Assembly: GCA_028023455.1 (NCBI GenBank)
Contig: JAQFVV010000009.1
Coordinates: forward strand, 9,424,001 to 9,488,000
Source of the DNA: Epiperipatus broadwayi
Taxonomy: Eukaryota; Animalia; Onychophora
DNA: 64,000 nt
Direction: 5' to 3'
Shown here: positions 12,945 through 25,711 of the stretch, in pieces
Position numbering within the stretch: the stretch's first letter is position 1
Layout of the letters: the number at the start of each line of letters is the position of its first letter
Made by a program: the position numbers and the translations under genes
The notes under the pieces: generated by a model
Databases searched by the model: none
Seen by the model: the letters and a program-made list of their open reading frames with translations, nothing else
What the model was told of the DNA's origin: nothing

Positions 12945-15900
12945 ATGAAGATATCACTAAATATAATATCTATGAATGTTAGAGGAATGAATGCAGATGA
13001 TAAAGTGGTTAAAATTATAGACTACATTACTTCCCAAAAATATGACATTATAATCTTATCAGAAACAAAGATTAGTAGCAACACACCAATTTGGATTACT
13101 GAAAGACTTGCAAAGGCAAATGTGTTTCTGTACAGAATGAATACAAAATTAGCACAGGGAGTTGCATTACTAATAAATATGAGATCAACTATAAGAAACA
13201 TACATATAATCTTATTACAAATAAATTTTATAGTGATTTCCTTTACCTTTTGTGATAGGCTTCATTACCTAATTGTGATATACTCAATTAGTAAAGATAA
13301 TGATATCCCTAAGTTAATTCATGGTATACAAAATAAGTTAATGTAGAATCTGGGAATTGTTGTGGTGGGAGGTGACTTCAATTGCTCCTACTGGATTATT
13401 CCTAAAAGCCTGGAAAACAAACTAGAAGCTCTTGCAGTATATCCGTTGAAAATGAAATATGGTAAGGATGCCTACATATTTTTTAACAGAAGGTATTTCA
13501 CTAATAGATTTGTTCTTTGTGTCGAATAGTAAAGTGAAAGATTCATTCATTGAAACTTCTCTAGTAGGCTTTTCTAATCACCTATGAATACTACTGGAGA
13601 TAAAAAATTATGATGTAATAAAAGATAAAACATATGTCTTTACTATTAAAAAGAACATTATAAGCCAGATAAACTTTACAGTTGATCAAATATCTAACAT
13701 TTTGATAGTATCAAACTACTATACAAGACAACCAAAGTTACCTCCATGTATTGCATGGAGTAAAATGAAAAAATTTATCTCAAGCCTAGACCGTAATAAC
13801 ACAAATAATATGTTAACACAAAATCAAATGAAAAATAGAATTATTGAAATCAATAAAATACTAAGTACTATATCCAGCCTCAGAGAAAATAATGATTTAG
13901 TGAAGAAACTACAACTAGAATACAATGATATATATATAAAAGAATGCAGGAAGAAACATATACACAAAGAATAAGAAAATTATTCCCAGATCTTAACAAA
14001 ATAGTGAAGCCAACAATTAACTATGTGAAAATATACATCCCTCTCACCAATGATGACAGCCGAAGACTCCATGAGATCAGGTGATGAGGTAGATCAATAT
14101 ATGATTATGAGATTAAAAGAAATCGTGGGCAAACGAAGAATTGAGAGTGAACAATTCTCAATGCAATTAAAGCAAACTATGAATGGTTACATTTCGCATC
14201 AGGAGGTCTTTATTGAAATAAAGAGATTAAAGTTGCAAACAGTATTAGCAAATGATGAAATCCCAACATCAGTGTATAAGCAAATTGGTTAGTTTCTGAT
14301 TGGCCTTTTATTAAAATTTTATAATCAAATTTGCTCAGAGATTTTCGACTGGCCATATATTAACAACAGAATAATCTTCAGTATTAAAAAATAAAAGAAT
14401 ATGAAAATGCCCTGTTTTGAAAAACTAAGAAGTATAACAATTTGATATTGATGCTAAAATCATTGCTAGAATATTACAAAAAAAAATATTTAGAAATATC
14501 AGTAACAAGATATCAATGGCACATCATGCAGTAGAAGGCAAGAGAGCAATAAATGCGACTATTAAAATCCAAGAAGCTATCAAGCATGCCAGGATGCATA
14601 ATTAACACAATATTTTGCATTACAAATTGATTTTAAATCTGCTTTTGACCTCATTAACTTGTCTTATCTATTTAATACCCTAAAGGAGCTTATAGAAGAT
14701 GATCAATTCTTATTGGATGCCATAAAAAATTACATTATGAATAATAGAATCTCTTGTAAAATTTTTATAAGAAGATCAGAATTTTTTGCCCCAAATAGAG
14801 GCACTAATAAATGGAATTACATTTGTAGATGATATTATAATAATTTTTGAAAACTGTTATAATATTAATATTGTGATGAATATAATCAGAAAATTTCAGC
14901 AGGCAACTGGAGCATTAATTCAAATAAATAAATCAGCAGCTTGGCAATTGGCAACAGGGAAACGAATTCCCAATGAGTTTGTAGCCCTGCCTAAGTCCTA
15001 CCTTGGCCTTCCACTATATTTATCAAAAACTAAGATGAATTGACTATTAAACCAATTAGTCACAAGAAAAATAGAGGAAAGAATTAATGGTTTTATGCCT
15101 TTTAAACTCTATGAAATAACTAACCAAAATATTTAATGCAATTGCAATGGGAATGCTAGGATATTATGGCCCATGGTTAAGGTTATATAATAAATCAAAC
15201 CTAAAGATTATACAGATGGCAAAAAAATTCATATGGGGAAAGAAAACTTATCTCCTCTCTACCTTGCTTTTACAGCTTCCAATAAATAAGGGTGGTCTCA
15301 ATTTAAATGACCCAAAAGCTTATGTTCGATTTATTACTGCTAAAACTTATATGAATATAACCAAAGATCAGTCATTTAATTTCCCAAATGGTAACATATT
15401 TATTATTAATGGATTGGGAGCTGAAAAAAGATCGTATCTTACTGATATGTTGATGACATATAAAGACTTGCAAGATGAACTTGATGTAACCACTCTAGAT
15501 GGTATTAGATATAAAGATTTTAAAAAAGCAAATTACTAAAATGAAAATAATTGGTTGAGCTGTTCAATGAAAAATGTTTTAAAAAAATTTCACTCAATAT
15601 ATACCCCTCAGACATCAATGAGATTTATTTTAAGTTAATCAATGGGATTCTACCTACAACCATCTATGTTAATAAAAGACTGAGTTTGAATGAAACCTGT
15701 ATTATGTGTAACAGAGGTAATTGAAACTTTTATGCACTTGTTTTAAGATTGCTATGCCTTTAGAGAAATTAGAATGAAGGTCTTTCACAGGCCTATAATA
15801 AATCTCAAATATCTTACAAAAAAGTATGTTATAAACTTCAACCCACACAATGCGAATGTAATAATCCATATGTTGAAATCATTGTGGGCAATAAAATGTT

Positions 15901-16052
15901 CACTTTTATTTGATAATAAGAAATTCAATTGGTTAAAAAAAATGGATAAAGATTGGGACAACTATTTTAACTTATGCCTAAAATATTGGCCCCAAAAAAC
16001 CTTCCGTGTATGGGGAGGAATTGCTCTCTCCAAATGTGAAATTTGGGAGTAA
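12945..16052 (+). pseudogene. ORF2 (APE endonuclease, reverse transcriptase, C-terminal zinc finger), frameshifted
   Basis: IISMNVRGMN, DIIILSETK, GGDFN (about 13368-13382), FSNHL, QIDFKSAFDLI, FVDD (14822-14833) and CIMC..ETFMHLF..C near 15700-15750. Confidence 0.88.
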
Positions 16053-16282
16053 AACATATAATAAAGAATTGTAATGTTGTTGTTGAAGAAAAAGGGTCTA
16101 AATCATAAACAGTGACAATTAACAGGTGAGAGAAAAGTTAAGTGAACATGATGCAATGTGTATAATGGACAAGTGAAGGATAATACTGTTCCTTTTTTTG
16201 TTTGAACTAGAAATTTATCTTGTAATTATCTAAATATGTTGGGTTTTAATAAAGTTTATTACTTAAAATAAAAAAAAAATTT

Positions 16283-17040
16283 TTTTCTTAGTTAGAGCAG
16301 TAAAAAATACAAATGTGAACAAACACCATAAAAGTGTTAAATGAATTGTTCATTTGTCACAGCTATTCAGAATAACTTTCTGATACTAGTGCTGGGTTTG
16401 TGTTATTGACATTAATACAACATATTTTAGTACCTCTGTATCACTCTGAGTCAAGTGGACTAGCTAAAAAGGCTATGTAATTATTAAACAAGGCATTGAA
16501 TAAAATGCAATATCAAAATATTCATGAAGTTTTGGTAGGAGCCATGTTTTGTCAGCATTTCACACTGAGTACAATTGCCAGAAGAACATTCATGGAAATG
16601 TCAATGAAATAGAAATTCGGAATGCACATCTTAATATTGATCTCTAGTAAGAGTGAGAAAAAGGAGACAAATTTAGAAAATGTGAAGTATGATATTGGAG
16701 AAACTGTTTGAATACATGATATATTAAGAAAAAATGGCAAACACGAATTTATCAAATGTGTTGACAAAACAAGTATGTATGATACAGTTTGTGGCAGAGA
16801 AATCAAAAGAAACATCAACCATATTAAAGCTGTTTAAGTAAACCACTCGATCAAGTGAACAGAAGTGCAAGTTCTCCCACCATAGCTGATGTAATAGATC
16901 TAGTGAATGATGATTATGAACAGGATAGTTCAAATAGAAGACACTCACTACTAAATTGATTGAAGAAGCAGATTCTTCGAGAATCATTGTGAAGCATCTA
17001 TAGATTTCCCAGCCAAGGGCAGATTGGGGAAGAATGACTG
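16283..17040 (+). mobile_element. Ty3/gypsy pol relic, right part (integrase core and C-terminus, putative PPT)
   Basis: TIKVLNELFICHSYSE*LSDTSAGF, PLYHSESSGLAKKAM (PYHPxSNGLAERAV-like), YDIGETV..GREIKRNINHIK, and purine tract ggggaagaa near 17026-17034. Confidence 0.8.
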
Positions 17041-19648
17041 GTACCACTTTCTAGTTGAAGAGAGAACAGAGAAGGCTGGAAAAATTTAAAGAATACATAT
17101 GCAATTAAATTTTGAACCATGAAAGAGGTTGTGCAATTTCTAATTAAAAAATGTGTGTGTAAATAAATAAAATTACAATCTAGACAATTAATAATGCATA
17201 TATGATGATAGTACAAAAATATGCTAATAAGTATATTATGCATATTGACAAACTAATTAAGCAGATCGGGTAAATCAAAATTAATTATGCAGATCAATAA
17301 AAACTGCAGAGTTAGCTGTGTGTATGTGAGTAAAGTAGTACACACTGAAAACAAGCCAAATGCAATGTAGATTAGAGAATACAAGATTTTCTAATTTGTA
17401 ATTGCTTCTGCATTTAAGTTACACTTTGAACAACCAGCAAGCAAACTAGTTATTATATTGAGGACTATATTTTAGTTATTCATATATAGAGTTAATAAAT
17501 TCCTGCTGTTAAGTTTTGTTTGGATGTTATATATTTATTTCTAATAGCATTTTAGATGGTTATATAGCTAATAAATATCAATATTGCCCTGTATATTCCA
17601 ATATAAATCTTCATAATTTTAAATAATATAAACTCAGAAACAGAGTATATTAAATTATAGTCAAAATTCTTGACATCACAAATAGATTATTTTGAATATT
17701 TTTAAAATACTCTGGCTACCAATTACTCAAAATTACAACCTTTTTTAAGATTAAGCAATGTTTTTTTACCAATATAATAAGACATTAATTTTATTATGAT
17801 GTGGCTAACAGTCAAAGATCAAGTTTTCTCCCCAGTTTCTTTGTCTGTAATATGATTTCATAAAACGTCACAATATAGTTATTAATCCCAAAACAGATCA
17901 TGCCCTATTGACAAAAAAAATCAAAAGTATTTTGTTTAAAAAACCCTCTTTAATGAAAACAAATTTTTGAATAAATTATTTGGAAATAAGTAAATTTATT
18001 TTTGGTTGGCTCCATCCAAAGCAAAAGCTTAACGCAAAAAATTTTCATAAGTTAATTTTAGAATTCAAGATTAGACCTAATGCAATATTCCTATTTAAAA
18101 ATGGCAATTTGAATGCATCATGACAATTAGTATTCTGACTTCAGATAGTTGATATGATAATAAGAAGAATTATGCAGTTTACTGATAATGAAGCTATGAT
18201 AAACCTTTTTTAAGAAACATTGATATTTTGAAAAATAATTGATGTAGAATATGTTATACATTGTTTAGAAAAACATATTTTCATATATTTTTGTTCTTAC
18301 TCATGCTGAAGTGACCAGTGATCAAAATGATTACATAAATCATTGTAAAGTAAAAACAGTCCCCAATAGCCAGATACAGAGCAAATACTTAGCTTATATC
18401 CATCCAAAAAGGGACAATGAAGAAAATGGCATTATTCATCAGCTAGCATTATCAATTACTCCAAAACATTTTTCAGCAGATACTACTTTACTGACCATTA
18501 ATGAATGACTAGCATAAGTGCCTATAGACTTGAAAAATTATAAGCTTCAAAAATTCACACAGATATATTGCCATATCACAGGCATGACAAATTAAGCAAC
18601 CAATTCATATAACACAAGATTCTTTAAGAACTATGTGACCTCAATTTTATTTAGCATTATATGCTAACATTAAGTAATAAAAATAATCATTTAGTAGTTT
18701 AAATGAAGGTGAAATTAGTACTGTTTAATAAATTTGATGATTATGAGGAAAATTTTGACTATTCAGCACTTTCATTTTTTAAACGTATACAGCTGAGATG
18801 ATCAATAGGTTGGATATTGAAAATGCTTAATGTTTATATAAATAGCATAACCTCAATAATACTGGCTATAAGCTAGAGTGCCTTCTGTCCTAAAGATAAT
18901 AAATTTTCTAAAAGGAGTCATGTGAATGTTATAATGCAAATCTTGCATTGCTTAAATTCCTTAATACTTTGGGCTAAAAGAAAAGGTTGACGTATCAATA
19001 TAAAACTTTTTTCATTAAAAGCATTTGAATCAATATTTCTTAACAAGAAATAGTGTGTTACAGAATCATTTTAAAGTATTAAAATTTTGGCAGTCATCCA
19101 AAGCATTTAAATTCTTGAAGTTTTTACATATATCAAACTGATATGTTGTAATTTACAAATTTAATAGTTAATAAGCTTTTTAAAGTTAGTAACAGATAAA
19201 TAACATTAATTTTTTTTATATTAGAAACTGACTGGAGTTAGCCATCTATATTGTAGCTAATTTCTTATTAAATTTAATATACATAATATGATTAATTTCA
19301 GAAATACTATTTATTAGTTTACTATAACATTTCAAAATAATTTGCTAGAAATAAATTAAGGGGTGACAATCATTACAAACTAACATTATTAATGATTAAA
19401 TGCTGAAGCTTTGTTGTAATACCCTACAAATTCTAAAATTAATCTCAAGGCAAAAAACTAAGCATATAATATACTGCTAATTATTTCCTACATTGTTTTA
19501 CAATTTAATTTAATCTTTTTATTTTTTGCAATTTACATCTTATGAACAAAAAATCAGCAATTATTTCTGTGTTTGATCTTTGCATTATTTATGATATGAA
19601 AAATAAAGAGGTTAATTTTTTTTAAAAAAAAAGAAACTTCAAAAATAC

Positions 19649-19833
19649 ATTTTGAATAGTATTAACCTCCACTCTTCTTCAGGGTGTTACTGGCCTGAGC
19701 AGTGACAATATTAGTATAGCAGTCAAACTTACACCTTTAAATTCTCGAATATCGATCTAAAGGTGTAGATTCAACTCCTATGCTAATATTGTCACTGGTC
19801 AGGACAGAAACACCTGAAAAGAAGTGGGTAATA
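19649..19833. mobile_element. HHR family D element, head-only palindrome
   Basis: Near-perfect fold-back centred on tcga-ata-tcga (about 19745-19755). Arms homologous to 24990-25050 and 25095-25175. Candidate 10-bp TSD tcaaaaatac at 19639-19648 and 19834-19843. Confidence 0.75.
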
Positions 19834-22440
19834 TCAAAAATACCTATGAACTTGCACTTCATCTGCCATCTCAAAAAATTATCACAGAAAATATAGAAAT
19901 TCAGCAAACCTCCAGCATGATAAACTAACATCTAAGCTCTGGATAACTAAATTATTTGTCTTTCTCATTAGGCTGAAGATATTAATAAATGAATTATCAT
20001 TCAATAAATAAGTTTCATGTAACTGTGTCATATCTGATCTTGCCTTTAGAAATGGACTATTCATGATTCCTTGCCTGATTGACTAGCACCTGGTCACTGT
20101 CCAATGGGGATAAATTTTTCATTGGGGTTCGCGCACATAATCTGAGGGTTTTCAGTAAGGTAGGAGATCTGCCATTAACTAGTCAGGCTTTTTGGAGACA
20201 AGGCAGAGAGCAATTACTTCTGTCAACCTGAATGACTGAACGTGCTCTCCAATAAACCCTCTGCCATCAGCAAAGGTATTTTCTCTAGTCATTATCATCA
20301 CATCTACACAGTGAGGCAGATTCGCCTAAGGACTGAAAACTGCTATGTCTGCAGCCAACTCGAGGCAAGCTGTCATGCACAGCTGGAAGAGTTTGAATTA
20401 GAGCCGGCTCAAGGCAATATATACTGCACAGCCAGAAGTCATATTTGAACTCGCGAGGCAGGCTACTTAAATACCTGGAAGTGAATCCATTACTCAGCAT
20501 GACTACCTCAACATTAAATTGTACAAACCATATTTATATGCTTAATTAACTAACATGTGTGTATATTTTTGTCACTAATAAATTATACATATTAATTGTT
20601 GAGTAGTATCATCATTTGTCTGTTGGCTTGGAACCGAACCTGTAAATTTAGTACAAGCACATCAGTAAGTTTATATACTTTGGTAGATGTAACCTAAAGC
20701 TATTTTATGCATAATTAATTTCTACACTATATTAATTTTTTTTTAAATTTCTTCAAAAAAATTTCAGAAGTAATAATGTAACATTCTGATTATTTATCGA
20801 GCATAAAAAAGAGCCAATTAGTATAAGCTTGAATAATACACAAAAATCATGTGGTATTTTATGTAGACTGAGTTTTGACTGAACGGTTTGATTATCTTTC
20901 AATGAATAACAAATACTAATTTTGCACAATTATTATGGACAATTTCATACCTATTACAGGGGAAATGTTCACATTGCATGAATATATAAAAAGAGATTGC
21001 ATTCAGAATATTTGCTTAAGTTATGCAGTAATTATTCATTACACTGAAATAAAATGTCAACCAATTATACACAATTCTTTGTAATATTATTTCTACTGAA
21101 AGCTTTATATCCAAGTCTGATTTTATAATTAACATTCTTTATTATTATTGAACAATTATTTGATGAAATAACTATATTATCCAAATAATTTAGTTTATTT
21201 AAATAATCTCCATTTATTTTTATCATTTTATCCATATAATATAAAACTACTATAAAAGTTTCTGGAGAGATGAAATCATTTTATTAAACATTTTAGTCAA
21301 TGTTAATCTTCTTCATGTTATTACGGATTCTAATCATTGCAGTTACATTTTAATACTCAAAAAACATAAATGCTAGAGAGCAAATACCTTTTTGAAATCC
21401 ATAAATCCAATGGAAAAAGTTTATATTCATGTCATTTCAATGATTTCTTTTAATATTGAATACTCTTCTATGTTATAACTAGTTTTAAATCTAGTTTGTT
21501 CTTTTAATAAGCTTATCTAATGACCTTAATGAATATTTTATCAAAACTATTAGAAAACTAATAAGTGTAATTTGTAATTTCTTTTTCTATTTTCTTGAAT
21601 ATTAGTCATTGGATATATATCATTTTGGCACACACCCCACAGATATCAGGATACATATATATATATTATAATTTTCTGTACGACATACTTAATTGTTAAG
21701 AATAATTTTAAATGCTTTCTATATTAAAGTAAATTTATTTACATAAGATTACTCAAAATAAAGATTTATAGCTTTGCATACCATTTATGCATAGATAAAA
21801 ATATAGTTTTAAATTTGCAATTAATGTTTTTTTTTTAACATTATTGATTAAAAGATTAAATTGTATAAGTATAGAATATAAATGGGATGACATCAGTAAA
21901 AAAAAATATTGTGATAAGTAATATCTCACGAGATCTGCTGCTTAAAAAAGATTGCCTCTTGTTTATTTCTGCTTTTTTCTAAAATATCTATAATATTTTC
22001 ATTTCTCAGAATTTTTTTATTTTTAGATTTAATTTTTTGTCTCATCTCTTCATTTTTCAAGTACAGTTCAATGAGGTTTTGTTATTGTATAAACTACTTT
22101 GTTTTTCTATTCATTAATATTACTTTTTTTGTAGCATTCTTCTGCATATTTCATGATGTCATGTTTGTTTTTAATAATCATGCCATTTTATTACTTCAAT
22201 AACTTTCCAATAGTACTAAGAGGTCATTATATATCTTATAAACTATTATTATTTTTTAAATATCTTGACCACTTTACAATTATGATATCTTATATCAACA
22301 TTAACTTTTTTTTTTTGTACAATTTGAAAGAATTTAGTTGTATTACAATAAAATAATTTACAAAACAAGTTCTATGAAATAAATTTTGCATTATTTATGT
22401 AAAAAATTATAAATAATTTTAATAATGGTATGAAATAGTA

Positions 22441-22956
22441 AGTATAAGGGATTTGAACTCAGATTTTCAAGCACCCTTCAACTATCCACCCTATCTCATA
22501 CAACTGCTACACATGACCACACACATGTAGAAAAGATAAATAATCACCAATATATGTATTTTGTGCTAAACCAGCACTTATCAGTTGGTCCAGACTATTA
22601 TCTCTCACATATATATAATCAATGCTCAGTTTATATTAAGATAGCAAATCTTTACACTTTAATGGATAGGCTTCAATCTACTCCAACCTCCAACTTTTCA
22701 GCCATCCATATCATTGAAAATCTGATGATGGAAAGCCCAAATCCCATGCTAATGCCAAGATTATTGCCATACCCATGTTGACACGAAATACATATATTGG
22801 TGATTATTTATCTTTTCTATATGTGTGTGGTCATGTGTATCAGTTGTATGAGAAAGTGTGAATAGTTGAAGGGTGCTTGAAAGTCTGAGTTCAAATCCCT
22901 TATATTTACAATTAAGCTCCAGGTTCATGAAGAGTGCCTGGTTTTCAAATATTTAT
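22441..22956. mobile_element. HHR family A element, tail-out palindrome
   Basis: About 120-bp inverted arms (22441-22565 and 22782-22908), with the right arm extending about 48 bp further. Exact 13-bp TSD gtatgaaatagta at 22428-22440 and 22957-22969. Homologous to 60735-62068. Confidence 0.9.
22546..22589 (-). ncRNA. Decayed type I hammerhead (family A; G8A and G12A)
   Basis: Minus strand ACCAA CTGATAA GTGCTG GTT TAGCAC AAAA T ACAT A T A TTGGT. The inverted arm retains CAC GAAA TACATATA TTGG at 22782-22800. Confidence 0.75.
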
Positions 22957-24964
22957 GTATGAAATAGTACTAAAAATCTTTTTTTAAAATAGAAAATAAA
23001 CAAAAATAATTACATGCATTTAAATATGTTCAGAATAGATGTGTGCATTTAATTATATTCAGAATAGATGTACCTTTTTCTTTAAGGTAGCTGGATTATA
23101 ATCAATCCAGTTAAACATTCAATAGTGGTTGCAAATAGATATTCATCTTTAGTGGAAGTGTAAAATCAAAGAAGGAAAAACATTCAAATTCTTGTCACCT
23201 TCTAATTGGCAAACTGATTAATAATATCTTCTGCTTCACTGTTCTACTATGAAGGGCAATTGGAGAGATCTTAAGCCTGTAAATTTTTATTTTAAAAAGT
23301 TTTGTCAAATGTTAAAACTGTAATTTACATTACCCTGTGAATTAACATAGTGATATAGGAGACTTACAAGATTCCTGGATCAGTTCTTAGTTGAATAAAC
23401 TATATATATATATCAGCTTAGCAATTAAAATGAACTGTTATGCTCAATCTGTCACCTGATGCTCAAAAATTGCATTATTTTCTGAACAACTCAACATAGG
23501 ATTATTATATATATGTTAACGTTGTTGTCAAAGTAATATTTTTTCTTTCAGCTATTCATGCATTTTAAGTTATTACTTTTTACAGGCAGGTAAAACATTT
23601 TGTTGCAAGGGTAGCCAAACATTTAACCATAGAATGAGATCCCCTGATAAAACATCTTTCAATCATTCTATGAATTTCACTTTTCAATGAATCATGCATT
23701 CATTTATGCAAACAATAGCTCATATTTCATTTTGCCAAGTCTCATACAGTTTATAAATGATTTCATGGTAATACAAGTTTTAATCAAAAATATCTGTAAT
23801 AATTACTTCTAGAAAAAACATGTGAATAAACATTTTTTTTACAAAATGTTCTTTTGTTATTAATGTTATCAAATTTTATTTGACTCAAGATTTTATTTAT
23901 GAACGATCTTAGTATTATTTTGAGTTATAGATTTACAACTTACTTCTACAAAAGTTTAAAAAATTAACAATAATTATGAGTCAGGTGACGCATTTAAAAA
24001 GCAATGGATTTTATAATCACTCACACTCTAATTCTTCTATTATTATTAGGTGCAGTTAAACAGACATTGATTCTAAGTAATCATTTAAATGGCATTCATA
24101 ACATTTTCAACACAGAATATTGATATAGATTATAATCATTTCCTCTTAAGCATGATTTGTTTTTTACATAAATATCAATATTACAGTAGCCCAATGTCGA
24201 TATTACTACAAGTCATAAAAAAAAAAAAGCAATGAGAAAAATGGAAATTTAGTCATTGAAAAATGCATCTACATAGTGAAGTTTTCTTACTAAAAGCCGA
24301 CAGATATCAAACAAGTGTACTAATCAAGAGATAATACCTAATCTTAACTAGTGACAGTTTGCTATTGTTTGGCTCATCTTGAAATAACTGATTCAGCAAT
24401 ACTCACAAGACACACTATATAAATATTACTCATTAAATTACCGAGTTTTATATATTTTTAATAGTAATTAATGTACATTAAAAAACATTTTCAAAATATT
24501 TTTCATTTTATATAAAATTTAAATAATTCTTAATGTAAATGAAATACTCTCACGAGACATTTTGAATCATGTGATTCAATGGTGTTCTTGATTCCGCAGA
24601 AAAATAAAAAGAAATGACAATAGTTTAAGAAATTAGATCTTCTACGTCATTACATATGTAGTATCTATTTCTTTATTATCTTTTTTTTTTTTTATAAAAA
24701 AAAATGTATGTAATTTGACGCAATATTTTTTCATAAAGCTTTTTTTATTATTATTCTATTTTACGAAACGAATGAATTCAGCCTTGTTTTTAATTATAAA
24801 ATTAAATTGTTGGAGGAAAAAATATTTGGTATGATTGTATTTTTATATTACACTATTTCCATCATCTAATATGCGTATTGAATGTCTTTAGAAAAAATTA
24901 ATTTATTTAAATATTCCAAATACATTCAACTATTAGTAAATAGCACAACAAACATTAGCATATG

Positions 24965-25007
24965 CACAATGTTTTGAGAGGTATTATTCTTTCCTTTTCT
25001 TCAGGTG
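24965..25007 (-). ncRNA. Decayed hammerhead, family D left arm
   Basis: Minus strand CAC CTGAAGA AAA GGAAAGAATAATACCTCTC AAAA CA T T GTG. The CGAAACG of the right arm reads CAAAACA here, consistent with CpG decay. Confidence 0.65.
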
Positions 25008-25050
25008 TTGCTGGCCTGACCAGTAACAGTACTAACATGGGATTCGAACC

Positions 25051-25120
25051 CGGCTCAGTTGGTTAGAGCGTTACCTTAAAATTCAATACTCAAGAATCTA
25101 AAGGTCCAGGTTCGAATACC
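25051..25120 (+). promoter_or_regulatory. tRNA-Phe-derived head with Pol III A box and B box
   Basis: GGCTCAGTTGGTTAGAGCGTTA...TCTAAAGGTCCAGGTTCGAATACC follows the eukaryotic tRNA-Phe pattern GCTCAGTTGG.AGAGCGTTA...TCTAAAGGTCC..GGTTCGA, with an expanded anticodon region. No acceptor stem. Confidence 0.7.
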
Positions 25121-25151
25121 ATGCTAGTACCGTCATTGGTCATGCCAGCAA

Positions 25152-25192
25152 CACCTGAAGAAAAAGGGGAGAATATCTCTCGAAACGTTGTG
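25152..25192 (+). ncRNA. Minimal type I hammerhead, family D right arm
   Basis: CAC CTGAAGA aaaag GGGAGA ATA TCTCTC GAAA CG T T GTG. Core intact, palindromic ACGT stem III, GUU triplet (cleavage after 25189), 5-nt insert before stem II. Confidence 0.8.
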
Positions 25193-25711
25193 CATATACT
25201 AACCTGTTTGATGTGCTATTACTAACAGTTGAATGTATTTGGAATATTTAAATAAAGTTAAAGTTTTCTAAAGACATTCAATATGCATATTAGATTATGG
25301 AAATAGTCCAATATAAAAATATAACTAGAACACCATAATCACAAACCTTCAAGAAAACATTTGGTATGATTGTTTTAATAAAAGTAATAAAACAAGATTT
25401 ATTTTATACGAGTAAAATTATTCAGCTCAGGCAGAATAGTATTGTGAATATACATGTATCTAATATTCATTCAAAAACATTCTAAGGTTAACGGAAAATT
25501 AAAATGTTTCCTCTTATGAATTAATTATTATACAGAAGTTAAAATATTTCTCCAAGCAAATTGAATTTACTTGTTGAAATAATCTGACAAAGTTGACATA
25601 CGTATTAAAAGCAAAATTAGAATTTGAGTAAAGGCCAACTGATAGTTGTAGTTTTTAATCATAAACGTACTTTGCTCGGATTTTTTCCCCTTAGTTTATT
25701 ATAGATAATCG

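Larger units (their letters stand above)
11110..16282 (+). mobile_element. Full-length decayed L1/Tx1-like non-LTR retrotransposon nested in the gypsy integrase
   Basis: Exact 14-bp TSD ttttcttagttaga at 11096-11109 and 16283-16296. AATAAA at 16248-16253 and A10 tail at 16270-16279. ORF1 with zinc knuckles and ORF2 with APE-RT-CCHC. Confidence 0.9.
24839..25358. mobile_element. HHR family D element: tRNA-headed SINE-like palindrome
   Basis: Inverted arms of about 210 bp (24839-25050 vs 25109-25325) around a tRNA-like loop, with the right arm about 35 bp longer. Exact 15-bp TSD atttggtatgattgt at 24824-24838 and 25359-25373. Confidence 0.9.

Noticed and set aside
22554-22781. Similar short ORFs recurring at 22554, 60863 and 61184 as a possible peptide family
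   Set aside because: They lie antisense to the ribozyme strand of family A repeats, differ in start and frame, and show no known domain. The similarity simply reflects the repeat.
22722-22800. Second CTGATGA inside family A read as an antisense hammerhead using GAAA at 22785
   Set aside because: No stem II can close next to both core strands. The GAAA belongs to the inverted arm, and other copies lack it at that position.
22865-22905. B-box-like GAGTTCAAATCCC in the family A tail as a Pol III promoter
   Set aside because: The nearest A-box-like sequence is poor and too close, and no cloverleaf forms.
25051-25120. Functional intron-containing tRNA gene
   Set aside because: No acceptor stem and no pairable anticodon stem; it sits inside a TSD-bounded repeat.
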